Of a stretch of 64,000 nt of DNA, positions 47,919 through 57,669 are shown piece after piece; the first letter of the stretch is position 1, and each line of letters opens with the position of its first letter. Under the pieces are notes generated by a model. The model made no database searches. It saw only the letters and a program-made list of their open reading frames with translations, and was not told where the DNA came from. The position numbers and the translations under genes were made by a program. Source of the stretch: a virus (Duplodnaviria; Caudoviricetes); IMG/VR virus record IMGVR_UViG_2588253758_000004; one strand, 5' to 3'.

Positions 47919-48884
47919 TTAGAACCATTTTAAGAGTGAAGAGGGGTCTACTACGCCTCGCCCGATGTTGACAATCTTAATCCACTTGTTCGTCTCACGA
48001 ATGGCATCGTCCACCTTTTCTTGCTCGGCAATTTTTAACTCGATGCTTTCGGACGGCTCAACCGCTACACACGAGAGTGAATAGGGCTGCACATTGCGGC
48101 AATCGGCAGTCGGCAGCGAATAGTTTAGCACGATAAGTTTTTCGATTTTGAACTGGCGCAAAATTGTATTATCGCAGTCAATCACCCCTTTGAACTGCAT
48201 CAACTTCAAAAACTTCGACACCTCTGCTTCCGGGTAGACATCTGGGTATTTGCTCGTGATTTTGCCATTGATAGAAACCTCTAAATCACCACCCGAAACA
48301 TACTCCTTTCGGGTGTAGTCTCGCCCCTGCACCTGTGTCATTACGATATTGTTCTTACTGCCTACCTGCACCATTGGTTGAAGGTCGATAAAAGCCACCT
48401 CACCATACTTACTGTTAGGTTCAACTTTTCCCGAAGCTGTATCGTAATAATTCCCCTCTTTGCTGATAGAGAGCTCCAAAAAGTCCGCAACCACACGTCC
48501 GACAATGGTGTCGGTGTAGCTTTTCTTTTTGGCAACGGCTTGTTGCTCCGAGATAAGTTGATAGTATTGTCCGGCTTTGTTTGCAATGCTGGTCTGCGAC
48601 ACGCTCTGAAGGATTTTGTCTCGCTCCCGTTGCTCCCAGTATTGGATAAAACGAGGATAAGAACGTAATGCTCCATATGCCAATTGAGATGCTGTTTGAA
48701 TCAATGCACGTTTGAGAATCTCCCTATCTTTCGAGAAGTAATGCACCGCGCCGTCTTGAAACTCCGCCAAGCCCATACCAAGAGCACGTCGGGCAGCATT
48801 ACCAATGTAGCCACCCAGCGAACCGTTGCTGATGATTCCTCCGCTAAGAAGAACCGATTTACCTATATTCCAGAGTCTACTCAT
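47919..48884 (-). CDS. Tail tube initiator-like protein (DUF6046-like)
   Basis: KNNIVMTQVQGRDYTRKEYVSGGD..I.GKI..YP; directly after tape measure. Confidence 0.65.
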   Translation of the reverse strand: MSRLWNIGKSVLLSGGIISNGSLGGYIGNAARRALGMGLAEFQDGAVHYFSKDREILKRALIQTASQLAYGALRSYPRFIQYWEQRERDKILQSVSQTSIANKAGQYYQLISEQQAVAKKKSYTDTIVGRVVADFLELSISKEGNYYDTASGKVEPNSKYGEVAFIDLQPMVQVGSKNNIVMTQVQGRDYTRKEYVSGGDLEVSINGKITSKYPDVYPEAEVSKFLKLMQFKGVIDCDNTILRQFKIEKLIVLNYSLPTADCRNVQPYSLSCVAVEPSESIELKIAEQEKVDDAIRETNKWIKIVNIGRGVVDPSSLLKWF

Positions 48885-48902
48885 TGTTGTTTTTTTAGTG
48901 AA

Positions 48903-51900
48903 TTAGCCGTTCCATGACGCATCAAAATCATGCACCACATCAATTAGTGCTTGTGCTAACTGCTCTTTGAGTCCCTGCACCTCAGACGATTTGCCATCTT
49001 CTGATTTGAGTATTTTGATTGCCTCGACACTCAGTAAGTTGGTGATGTTGACGATGACCTGTTTCGGTGCAGCGGATGAAAGTTTGCCGGTTCCCGAATA
49101 GTTACCACCAGCCAGTCCATCGTCCGGGTCGCCGGTGTTGTAGGTGATTCCGTTTGCGTTCCAAGGCTGCGGATCTGCTCTGTCGGGTTCGTTGGAATAG
49201 AGTAACCGTGTAAAGCCTGCTTTCTCCATAATATTTTTGGCAATCTCTTCCGAACCTCCCCATGTCTGACGGAGTGAAGCCATCATATTCACCACACGAT
49301 TGTGCACATCCTGAGAACCTGCGAGGGCATCTTCACGCTCTTTGTCGGTGGCGTTCTTATCCAATGCACGCTGCACCCAATTGCCGTTCTTATCTTTGTA
49401 GAATCCACGGTCAGTAAGTGCTTTGTAGCTAAAACCTGCTTTTACCAGTGCACTCTGAGCGGCATCGGGCGAAGCCATTATCTGACGATACAGTGTCGTA
49501 AAGTTGGTAATCTCAGGCACCAACTCTCGGTTCATATAATCGACATAATCGTAAAGTTTGTAAGCATCGGCCTCTTTCATATCGCCAATGCCCTTCACAT
49601 AGTTTGCCTTACCGTCTTTGCCGATTGTAAATAGAGTGCGGTCTAACGAACCCTCGTCCTGACCATATTTGGAGCGGATATTTTGCATAAACGCACCAAT
49701 CTCAATGTCGGTTCGGGCTTTACCTAAATCTGCATAAGCCGAGTTGATACGTGACTGACTATCCTTACGAGCAAGGGTGCGAAGAGCACTTCGGGTGTCG
49801 TCTTGACGGGCATCGTTGTATGTGTATTGATTAGCATAACTGGTATAACCACCATACCTTGCACTCATACCTGAGCCCATTGAAGAGAGAGTCGCCGCCC
49901 ACCAGTTGCCTGTGAATGCACCAATCTTTTGCCCCGACCCTTCGGTAATGGTTTTGCCAGAAGTCAATTCGTCCATTGCCTTCTTAGCCTCCATAGCTGT
50001 TTTGTAGGTGACAGCCAGTGAGCTATTTAGGGCATCAATCGAGGGATAACGGTACTTCTCATTTGCCCGAATCTCCTCCAAAACGGCATCCTTTGCCTCT
50101 TTGACCTTCCAAGTCTTATATGCCAAAAATCCGATTGCACCAATAAGGGCACTCACTCCGGCAGTGGCAACCAATGCACCTGTCCCAAGTGCTGCGATCG
50201 AGGCTCCGGCACCAATCAAACCATTTCCTGTGGCTACCTGATTGGCAAATAGACCAGCTCCCTTGAGCCCCATGCCTCCAACTCCGGCAGACATCAGAGC
50301 TTGAGCCATTGCCCCCTTGCCCGACACACCTGCCGCACTCAGAGCCGTTACGATTTGGCGTTTGGCTCCGAAAGAGAGCTTACCGCCACCCATACCGACC
50401 AATGACGTGATGGCCTGAAGTCCTGACGATGCAACAGACTGCTTGCCCATAAATCCGAGTGCAACCCCGATATTGGTAATCGCCCCGGCGAGTTTGAATA
50501 GACGTGTAGCAACGAAGCTCGAAAACAGCAGCGGCTCAATCCAATGAAAATTACGCCCAACCCAAGCACCTATCTTAGCAAGCACCGAAACGATATTGAG
50601 CAGTGCCTGACCAATGGAAGCCAATCCAACGGCAAACTCACGGCTCTTGAACTTCTCAATAAGCTCCCGAAGTGTCGATTTTATGATAGGTTCGATAATC
50701 TCATAGCCCTGCATAAAACTTTCGGTCACCTGAGAGGTCATCTGTGCCCAGAGTCCTTTGGTGTTTTCCTGCTTGACCTTGGCAAGTTCTGTTGAAATGC
50801 CGTGTGAGCCTTGATTCTGCACGGTGAGGGTTTTAAGCTGCTCGTAGTTGCGGACAAACATCATAGCCGCATTACCGCCGATTTTACCGAATATGGCCTG
50901 CATATCGCCCATCGTGGCACCCTTCTTATTGAGCTCCTCAAAAATCTCTGCCAGTGGGCGTAGTCGCTCAACCTGTTTTCCATAAACATCTTCGTGGGTC
51001 GTAAACTTCACTCCAAGACGGTCGAGCGTATTTTGAGATTCACGAGTCGGTTTGGCAAAACGTGTAGCCATAGCACGCATAGCAGTACCCGCCATCGTAC
51101 CTTTGACACCCATATTACCCAAAATACCAATCGCTGCGGAACTTTCGGTAAATTCCACCCCTGCCATACGCATATAACCTGCCGCCATCTTATAGGATTC
51201 TGCCATCTCAATGATGTTCACATTCGAGCGAGAGATGGTCGATGCCAAAATATCGGCAACCGAGTTCATACTCTCACTCTTGATGTCGTACCCGGCCATT
51301 ATATTGGTCGCGAGGTCGGCAATCTGAGATACATCATTATCGCCAATCAGAGCAAGGTTCGTAATCGGGCGTATCGACTCGTTGATGGTATTGATGTTCA
51401 TACCCGCCATTGAGAGGTATTTCACCGCCCCTGCAACTTCTGAGGCGGTAAATTTGGTCTCCACACCAATCTGACGAACATACATCGCCATCTTCGTGAA
51501 ACGGCTCTCGAAGGTGGTCAAATCAGAGTCGGCAACCCGCAAAATGCTCTGTGCCGAGGTCATAATGTTGGAATACTCAATCGCCTTGGTCAGCTCCGTG
51601 CGCAGAAAGCCATACATCATATAGGCGTTGAACATATGCGCCATCGGCAGTGTCCTGAGCGATGGAGTTCGGGCATATTGCAGTCGATTAATAGCCGCAC
51701 GTTGTCGGTTGGTCTGCCCGGTGACAATATTACGCTGTCCGCGCTGAACGGTATTGATTACCTGTGCCGCATTTTGCCTGTCGGTACGTGTTTTGTCTCT
51801 GGCTGTGCGAGCAGCTTCGGTTGCGGCTTGTCGCTCTCGCATATCATTCGAGCGCATCCGAAACTGACGATCCCACTCTTGACCTCGTAATTGTTGTTGA

Positions 51901-52727
51901 AGTCGCTGTGCTCTTAACTTGTCAGCCGCATCCTCTTTACCAAACTCTCGTTTCTGTGTCGCAAGGGCACGGTTGGTGATCAGCCTCTCGTTGAGTTTGT
52001 CCGATACGGCTTGCGGTAATACATATTCCCGAACCGGGTTATAGACAAAGGGCGGTTTGATGGTATTTGCGATCGGGTTTGCAGCGGTAGCCTTGCCGGG
52101 CGACCCCATACCCATACCGAGAGTCATCTTCGATGCTCCCTTTATCTGGTTCATCAAGCCGAGAATCTCAATGAGTCGCTGTTTGGCAACGTCGGTCTTG
52201 ATGTTTATCTCACGACCTTTTTCAAGCTGAACTAGTGCAGCGGTAATCTTACCAATAACCTTTGTGATACTCTTCTGAGCATCAAGCATAGACTTGACTG
52301 AGGTTGCTGCACTCTGCTCAACGGCTGCATTACGGCTCTCTGCCTCTTTCTTATTGAGCAGAGCTTTGGCTTTCGCCTTGATATTCTTGCTGTCTAATGG
52401 CTGATTGGCATTAATAACCAAATTGATACCCTTTGACATCTCTCTGATTTCACCAAGCAGGCTTTTCACACGGGTCAGTTTCTCTTCGGTTCCTGTCGTG
52501 TCGATAGATACCTTGTAGTTATAGTCCCGCTTCTTACCTGACTGAGTACGAAAAGCCTTGTCAATTTCGGTCATCATACTCTGAATGTTGGCAAGTGCAG
52601 GTTTTATATCTGCCTTTGCCTGCATCAGTTTTCCAACAGCAGTTGCAAACTCCTGAACCTGTGTAGTTCCCTTTGTCGCATCTACATTGATAGTATAACT
52701 GACTGTATAGTTTTGATCTTGAGCCAT
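48903..52727 (-). CDS. Tail tape measure protein (TP901 family)
   Basis: TKFTASEVAGA..YLSMAG, G.KGTMAGTA.R, 1274 aa helical. Confidence 0.93.
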   Translation of the reverse strand: MAQDQNYTVSYTINVDATKGTTQVQEFATAVGKLMQAKADIKPALANIQSMMTEIDKAFRTQSGKKRDYNYKVSIDTTGTEEKLTRVKSLLGEIREMSKGINLVINANQPLDSKNIKAKAKALLNKKEAESRNAAVEQSAATSVKSMLDAQKSITKVIGKITAALVQLEKGREINIKTDVAKQRLIEILGLMNQIKGASKMTLGMGMGSPGKATAANPIANTIKPPFVYNPVREYVLPQAVSDKLNERLITNRALATQKREFGKEDAADKLRAQRLQQQLRGQEWDRQFRMRSNDMRERQAATEAARTARDKTRTDRQNAAQVINTVQRGQRNIVTGQTNRQRAAINRLQYARTPSLRTLPMAHMFNAYMMYGFLRTELTKAIEYSNIMTSAQSILRVADSDLTTFESRFTKMAMYVRQIGVETKFTASEVAGAVKYLSMAGMNINTINESIRPITNLALIGDNDVSQIADLATNIMAGYDIKSESMNSVADILASTISRSNVNIIEMAESYKMAAGYMRMAGVEFTESSAAIGILGNMGVKGTMAGTAMRAMATRFAKPTRESQNTLDRLGVKFTTHEDVYGKQVERLRPLAEIFEELNKKGATMGDMQAIFGKIGGNAAMMFVRNYEQLKTLTVQNQGSHGISTELAKVKQENTKGLWAQMTSQVTESFMQGYEIIEPIIKSTLRELIEKFKSREFAVGLASIGQALLNIVSVLAKIGAWVGRNFHWIEPLLFSSFVATRLFKLAGAITNIGVALGFMGKQSVASSGLQAITSLVGMGGGKLSFGAKRQIVTALSAAGVSGKGAMAQALMSAGVGGMGLKGAGLFANQVATGNGLIGAGASIAALGTGALVATAGVSALIGAIGFLAYKTWKVKEAKDAVLEEIRANEKYRYPSIDALNSSLAVTYKTAMEAKKAMDELTSGKTITEGSGQKIGAFTGNWWAATLSSMGSGMSARYGGYTSYANQYTYNDARQDDTRSALRTLARKDSQSRINSAYADLGKARTDIEIGAFMQNIRSKYGQDEGSLDRTLFTIGKDGKANYVKGIGDMKEADAYKLYDYVDYMNRELVPEITNFTTLYRQIMASPDAAQSALVKAGFSYKALTDRGFYKDKNGNWVQRALDKNATDKEREDALAGSQDVHNRVVNMMASLRQTWGGSEEIAKNIMEKAGFTRLLYSNEPDRADPQPWNANGITYNTGDPDDGLAGGNYSGTGKLSSAAPKQVIVNITNLLSVEAIKILKSEDGKSSEVQGLKEQLAQALIDVVHDFDASWNG

Positions 52728-52745
52728 TCGCTACATCTTTATACA

Positions 52746-52777
52746 AAGAATAGCAGAATTTGACCGTGATAGTTTAA
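52746..52777 (-). promoter_or_regulatory. Putative phage-sigma late promoter (copy 6)
   Basis: TTAAACT-N17-CTATTCTT upstream of tape measure gene. Confidence 0.78.
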
Positions 52778-52816
52778 TGCAATACGAGTTGCTTATTGAC
52801 GAAAACATACATATAG

Positions 52817-52847
52817 TTTGTTTTTCGTCAATAAGTCGTTATCTTTG
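52817..52847 (+). promoter_or_regulatory. Bacteroidetes housekeeping promoter for AAA cargo gene
   Basis: TTTG-N19-TATCTTTG. Confidence 0.75.
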
Positions 52848-52864
52848 CACTAAATATTCTATTT

Positions 52865-54082
52865 ATGATACCAAGGGAGATATACTTAAAAAAACTACGA
52901 CTGCTTCGAGACCAAGACTTAATCAAAGTAGTTACAGGTGTGCGCCGTTCAGGAAAATCAACACTATTGTCTGCATTTGCCAATGAACTGTTAGAATCTG
53001 GAGTCAAACAGGAGCAGATTATTTTCTTCAACTTTGAGGAGCGTGAAAATTTAGAACTCACTGACTGGACAAAGCTCTATGACGAGATAATAGTAAAAAC
53101 GGATCCACTTAAGAAGAGTTACATTTTTTTGGATGAGGTGCAAATTATATCTAATTTCGAAAAACTTGTTGATAGTTTGTATGTCAAAAAGAATATTGAC
53201 CTTTATGTGACCGGCTCCAATGCCTATTTGCTTTCAAGCGAATTGGCGACCTTGTTAACGGGTCGGTATATTGCTATCAATGTGCATCCTTTCTCTTTTG
53301 CAGAGTATGCACTATGCTTTCCGGAAGAAAAAAACACAGACCGTCTGTTTAGGCAATACTTAAATAATAGTGCTTTCCCTGAAGCTGTTCATCTTTCAAA
53401 AGTAGCACCTGAACTAGTGAATGACTATTTGCAATCTATTTACGACACCGTTATAGGGAAGGATATTGTTGTTCGACACAAACTTCGTAATTTCAATAAA
53501 TTACAGCGTGTAATTGAGTTTCTTTTTGACTCTGTGGGTTCACTCGTTTCACCAACCAATATAGCAGAACAGCTGAATCGAGCCTCTGACAAAACCATAT
53601 CCCACAATACAATAATAAAGCTGATAAAGTACCTTACAGAATCATATATTCTCTATTGTGCACCACGGTACGATATTAAAGGTAAAGAGTTGTTGTCCAC
53701 CAATGATAAGTATTATTTGATTGATTTGGGGTTGAAAAATATTACCACTACAAATAAATATGATGCAAACTTAGGTCATAAGTTAGAGAATGTAATCTAT
53801 TTTGAACTTCTCAGGCGCGGAGGAAAAGTTTTTGTAGGAAAACAGAATGACAAAGAGGTTGATTTTGTAGTACATAAGGCGAATAACGAGAGAGAGTATT
53901 ATCAAGTCGCATACAGCATTAATGACGAAAAAACACTTGAACGAGAATTTTCGTCATTAAGGCTCATTAAAGACAATTACCCAAAGTATCTGCTAACCCT
54001 CGACTATGATACGGCTGTAATTGATGGGATACATAAAATCAACGTTATCGATTGGCTATTAGATGAGGTAACCGGGGGCTAA
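52865..54082 (+). CDS. AAA_14 ATPase with DUF4143 and C-terminal PD-(D/E)XK-like segment
   Basis: GVRRSGKS, FLDEVQ, TGSNA, KYYLIDLG, LEN.IY.EL, EVDFV..YYQV. Confidence 0.9.
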   Translation: MIPREIYLKKLRLLRDQDLIKVVTGVRRSGKSTLLSAFANELLESGVKQEQIIFFNFEERENLELTDWTKLYDEIIVKTDPLKKSYIFLDEVQIISNFEKLVDSLYVKKNIDLYVTGSNAYLLSSELATLLTGRYIAINVHPFSFAEYALCFPEEKNTDRLFRQYLNNSAFPEAVHLSKVAPELVNDYLQSIYDTVIGKDIVVRHKLRNFNKLQRVIEFLFDSVGSLVSPTNIAEQLNRASDKTISHNTIIKLIKYLTESYILYCAPRYDIKGKELLSTNDKYYLIDLGLKNITTTNKYDANLGHKLENVIYFELLRRGGKVFVGKQNDKEVDFVVHKANNEREYYQVAYSINDEKTLEREFSSLRLIKDNYPKYLLTLDYDTAVIDGIHKINVIDWLLDEVTGG

Positions 54083-54111
54083 TTGCAACCTAAAACAATC
54101 CCCTGTAACAC

Positions 54112-54159
54112 TGAAGTGCACCCTAAAAGTTAGACAAAAAACTTTTGGGGTGCACTTCA
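54112..54159. mobile_element. 48-bp remnant of an IS3/IS150-type element (two terminal IRs only)
   Basis: TGAAGTGCACCCTAAAAGTTAGACA..AACTTTTGGGGTGCACTTCA; TG..CA ends; whole palindrome spans 54107-54164. Confidence 0.65.
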
Positions 54160-54177
54160 GTGTTGGCAAGAAAGCAA

Positions 54178-54378
54178 TTAAGGAGGCGATGAGCCGGAAA
54201 GGATGTTTGTAGTCATTCGACTGACGGTCATTTGCTGATGTAACCAAAGTGCCTCTTCGGATAGCATCGCAAACTCTTCGTCACTGATTTTTTCCAAATC
54301 TACGCCGGGAAAGTAATGTCGGATGTAAATTATCCGTTGACGTATACGGTCATTGTCACCTACTTCCCAGCTTTGGAT
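54178..54378 (-). CDS. Frameshift extension (GT part) of tail assembly chaperone
   Basis: Open -1 frame IQSWEVGDNDRIRQR..LSEEALWL..SSPP* entered at G GGT TTA (54378-54384). Confidence 0.75.
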   Translation of the reverse strand: MQSWEVGDNDRIRQRIIYIRHYFPGVDLEKISDEEFAMLSEEALWLHQQMTVSRMTTNILSGSSPP

Positions 54379-54731
54379 AAACCCACCAAAACGGTTTGTC
54401 TCGTGGTGATGATTTCAGAGAGTTGTCCCATTAAGCCGAACAGGAACAGCGATTCGTTATCAACCAGATCTTTGTCCCCCTCAATATAACAATCTTTGGC
54501 AAGGGTGCGCATAGCCATCACTTCATCCTTCTTGGATGCAGCCATAAACTTGCTGAACTGAGCGAATGAAGGTTCTCCCAGATAGGCAACATAAATCTCT
54601 TTTTCCTCATTGTCTACGTCGCCAAATACGACCATAGGATAGACCTTGCGGAGTTTCTTTTCTGCTTTAAGCTCCTTGGCACGTTTACGGATCTGCTCCT
54701 CCTGTGCCAGTGTCAATGATTTTTCTTCCAT
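54360..54731 (-). CDS. Tail assembly chaperone (gpG-like)
   Basis: Between tube and tape measure; slippery heptamer near 3' end. Confidence 0.8.
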   Translation of the reverse strand: MEEKSLTLAQEEQIRKRAKELKAEKKLRKVYPMVVFGDVDNEEKEIYVAYLGEPSFAQFSKFMAASKKDEVMAMRTLAKDCYIEGDKDLVDNESLFLFGLMGQLSEIITTRQTVLVGLSKAGK

Positions 54732-54756
54732 TTGAATTTTAATTAAAGTTCATCTA

Positions 54757-54788
54757 AAGAATAGTGGAAGGGGACGGTGAAAGTTTAT
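54757..54788 (-). promoter_or_regulatory. Putative phage-sigma late promoter (copy 7)
   Basis: ATAAACT-N17-CTATTCTT upstream of chaperone. Confidence 0.78.
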
Positions 54789-55270
54789 TGTATTTCAAAT
54801 ATTCTTCCTGCAATACCGCAATTTTTTAGCACCTGCGAGTTAGCCTCGTCAAAAGCAATCAGGCACGATGGTGCACCGGCAGTACCACCACGCTCACCTG
54901 TAACGTGATGAAACGACAATCGCCCTTTGATAAAGAGAATCGAATGAGCGTGTCGAAATATGAGTTCCTGAAAGAGCTTGGTTTCGGTTCGGGCAAAGGT
55001 GAGTGCTATAGCGTTCTTATGCTCGATACAGCGTTCTATAAACTGAATAATAAGCCGAGTGTCATACGGTGGATTGCAAAAGACACGTCCTTGCCACGGC
55101 TGTACTAAGCCGTCATCTTCGATAGTGAAGTGATTATTTGCTGTTGCCCAAGGACGATTAATAGGAGCACAGGGGTCTAAATCAAATTCTCCAAGTTTAG
55201 CTAAAATATCCGGAGGAGTTAACCATTCATTCTTGCCGGTGGAGGAGTTTCCCTCAAAAGTTACGTTCAT
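54785..55270 (-). CDS. Phage Dam-like DNA N6-adenine methyltransferase
   Basis: EWLTPP, FDLDPCA, DDGL.QPW, FCNPPY, ARTET, GRL.F. Confidence 0.9.
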   Translation of the reverse strand: MNVTFEGNSSTGKNEWLTPPDILAKLGEFDLDPCAPINRPWATANNHFTIEDDGLVQPWQGRVFCNPPYDTRLIIQFIERCIEHKNAIALTFARTETKLFQELIFRHAHSILFIKGRLSFHHVTGERGGTAGAPSCLIAFDEANSQVLKNCGIAGRIFEIQ

Positions 55271-55294
55271 ATCTGATACGATTATTGTTCGTAT

Positions 55295-55326
55295 CAGAAT
55301 AGTGTGATTTCGGTTGAATGGTTTGA
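55295..55326 (-). promoter_or_regulatory. Putative phage-sigma late promoter (copy 8)
   Basis: TCAAACC-N17-CTATTCTG upstream of MTase; overlaps 10-bp hairpin 55272-55298. Confidence 0.72.
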
Positions 55327-55359
55327 AAAAAGCCGCGACCTATCACAGGCAGCGGCTTT
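55326..55359 (-). terminator. Rho-independent terminator after tail tube gene
   Basis: AAAGCCGC..GCGGC hairpin followed by T6. Confidence 0.75.
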
Positions 55360-55437
55360 CGCACAAATGATTAAGCTGAAAAATCAATTTTCTATTAAGA
55401 TTAGCCGAACAATGAGCAAAGAGTTTAATCAAAAGGA

Positions 55438-55893
55438 CTAAATCGTATCGCCATCGCCAATTTGGATGTCGAATGGGTTCAAGTCGAACTCCTTGGTGAT
55501 GTCGGTATCGTCCTGCTTGGACTCCATACCGTCCTCAGAGAAGATACAGCCCTTCAAGGTTACGGTGGTTGTGGTCCAGTCATCTGATGCCATTGGGTTG
55601 GCAAAGCTGACGATAAGGTCGAACTCTCCGATATCCATCAATGAACCATAAGTCGAGCGCAACATCTGCTGAGTGGCATAATCCATCGTGATGGATGCCG
55701 TATAAGAGATATTTCCAAAACCACGACTGACGGGTTTACCGCCCATTCCGTAGTTCGATTCAATCTTACGTTTCTTGTTCCATTTGATACCCGAAACACC
55801 CTCAAGTGTGGTTGAGCCTGCCTCGATTCCGAGAGCTGTCGATGAGAGGGTTATCATCGACCACGAATAGGCTACGTTGTTAATTATAGGCAT
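55438..55893 (-). CDS. Tail tube protein (start revised to MPIIN)
   Basis: YSWS.I, YG.GGKPVSRG.GN, TLKGCIF; after sheath. Confidence 0.82.
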   Translation of the reverse strand: MPIINNVAYSWSMITLSSTALGIEAGSTTLEGVSGIKWNKKRKIESNYGMGGKPVSRGFGNISYTASITMDYATQQMLRSTYGSLMDIGEFDLIVSFANPMASDDWTTTTVTLKGCIFSEDGMESKQDDTDITKEFDLNPFDIQIGDGDTI

Positions 55894-55938
55894 ATTAAAC
55901 TGTTTTTTAGCAAAGTCCAATAAAAGACACTATGTGTC

Positions 55939-57282
55939 CTATTTAGCGGTTAATGAAAGTCCCTCTTCGACATAGATTTTTGTGGCAACACCCACCGGCA
56001 CAAGAACAAAAGAGATTCTGAGCGTATCATCCACCAAAACATTCTGGTTGGGGTCGATATTGACCGCATAACCTGAAATCTCCTGAGCCGCTTGCATCTT
56101 GGCGAGAATATCACCAATCAATGTTTTGAAGGCTGAAATCTTTGCCGGAGCAAGGAATCCTGTTGCAGGGTTCACAAGCAGCGGTGAGTTCACATACGGG
56201 AGCAGAGCGGCACGAACCGAGCGGCGACTCTTGTTGATGGTGCGGTTACGGGCAATGGTGCGGTAGTCGCCTCTCGAACAAGTCTGATCCTTGCTGATAT
56301 ACACGCCGTTTTCACGTCCGGCATACTTCATCGGGAATATATACCCCTTCTCATCGAAGTCATCAAGTAGCACAGGCGAGAGTGATTCGTACATATTGAG
56401 ACTTATAAACTCCTCTTCTGCATCGAGATTGATATCGCCAAAACCCAGCTCAATGTCTTGAAAATTGACATCAAAGAGATTGAAAGTTTTTACCCAGGCA
56501 ACAGATTCTTGAACGCCTGCTCTGGCTATCGCACCCATCATTGCACCAAGGAAACCGACCGGAGTGTTATTGACGTTACGTTTCTGCATCGTATTGATAA
56601 CCTCACTACGAGCCTGACCGAAAATCGCACTCACACGGCGAGATTCACAAATCGCCGATGGGATTTTGTTCAGGTCTATCTGCTTGTTATCAGCACTGTC
56701 GCCACCGGTATTTGATGGATTTGCTGACAATACGATAGAGAGGGGCTGATGTTGATTCGAGAGAGCTTCGGCTTTACCGTTCAGGGTAGGTATAATGTTG
56801 AGATTATACTTCTGCTCCGAACCGTTCAAGAGCCACAGAGGTTGCTCCGTCCAAACGCCCAACTGGTTTATCATACCGCCTGCCACACGCTGCATTGCGT
56901 CGATAGCGTCCCAATTAGAAGAGCAATCTGCAAACATCACATACAGGCGACCACTGCCGTCCACATTGCCGCTCATTCGGAAAAACTCACGTATGTGGTA
57001 AGCGGGAATACCGTGCAGGAAGTTGACATTATTCTCATCATCCTCGGTGGTCTCCACACGCTCGATGATGCCGAAGTCAGTTGTAGCAGATTTCAAACTG
57101 GTGATGTATGCAACATCGCCCAGTTTTAGTTTCGAATCATTGTTTTTGCCATAACCTGCGGCGAACAAGTCAGGCTGTTTAGAGACATCAAATAGCAACC
57201 CGGTAACCTTCTCGTTGCCGGTCGCTCCGCCAAACGGGATGTTCCCGTCAACGTCTTTTATGAATACATTACCAAGTGCCAT
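55939..57282 (-). CDS. Tail sheath protein (DUF2586-like)
   Basis: YHIREFFR, ES.AWV, GDY..IARNRTINK..R, IDPNQNVL, VPVGVA..I. Confidence 0.85.
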   Translation of the reverse strand: MALGNVFIKDVDGNIPFGGATGNEKVTGLLFDVSKQPDLFAAGYGKNNDSKLKLGDVAYITSLKSATTDFGIIERVETTEDDENNVNFLHGIPAYHIREFFRMSGNVDGSGRLYVMFADCSSNWDAIDAMQRVAGGMINQLGVWTEQPLWLLNGSEQKYNLNIIPTLNGKAEALSNQHQPLSIVLSANPSNTGGDSADNKQIDLNKIPSAICESRRVSAIFGQARSEVINTMQKRNVNNTPVGFLGAMMGAIARAGVQESVAWVKTFNLFDVNFQDIELGFGDINLDAEEEFISLNMYESLSPVLLDDFDEKGYIFPMKYAGRENGVYISKDQTCSRGDYRTIARNRTINKSRRSVRAALLPYVNSPLLVNPATGFLAPAKISAFKTLIGDILAKMQAAQEISGYAVNIDPNQNVLVDDTLRISFVLVPVGVATKIYVEEGLSLTAK

Positions 57283-57288
57283 AGTTGA

Positions 57289-57654
57289 TTAGTTCTGTTT
57301 GTAATAGGGGTTTTTGTAAAGTGTTGCACCGCCTCTAATTCGCTCTGCAGTGTCGGGTGTAAACACACCTCCATGCTTGTCTACATAAAGCGACTGGTGG
57401 TTCGGGAACGTTTTGAGAATGCCGAGCGTGAAACTGTCCGGGTCATTTTCAACTTGTTTCTGTGCCCCCTTTTCAGAGGTTGCAATCTTCTCCTGTTTCG
57501 GTTGGGGTGCCTCAATTTGTGAATTGGTATCGGCAGTAGCTGTTTCCACTTGGGTCTCTTCTTGCAGAGCAACTCCTTCTGATGGTTGCTCTTGAAAGGT
57601 TTCGGCTCCTACTCCCTGAGCCATATCTTCTGTCGGTATTTTTTGTTTTGCCAT
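57289..57654 (-). CDS. Hypothetical protein between capsid and sheath
   Basis: Acidic disordered N-terminus, short folded C-terminus. Confidence 0.65.
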   Translation of the reverse strand: MAKQKIPTEDMAQGVGAETFQEQPSEGVALQEETQVETATADTNSQIEAPQPKQEKIATSEKGAQKQVENDPDSFTLGILKTFPNHQSLYVDKHGGVFTPDTAERIRGGATLYKNPYYKQN

Positions 57655-57669
57655 TGTTAGTCAAGAATT

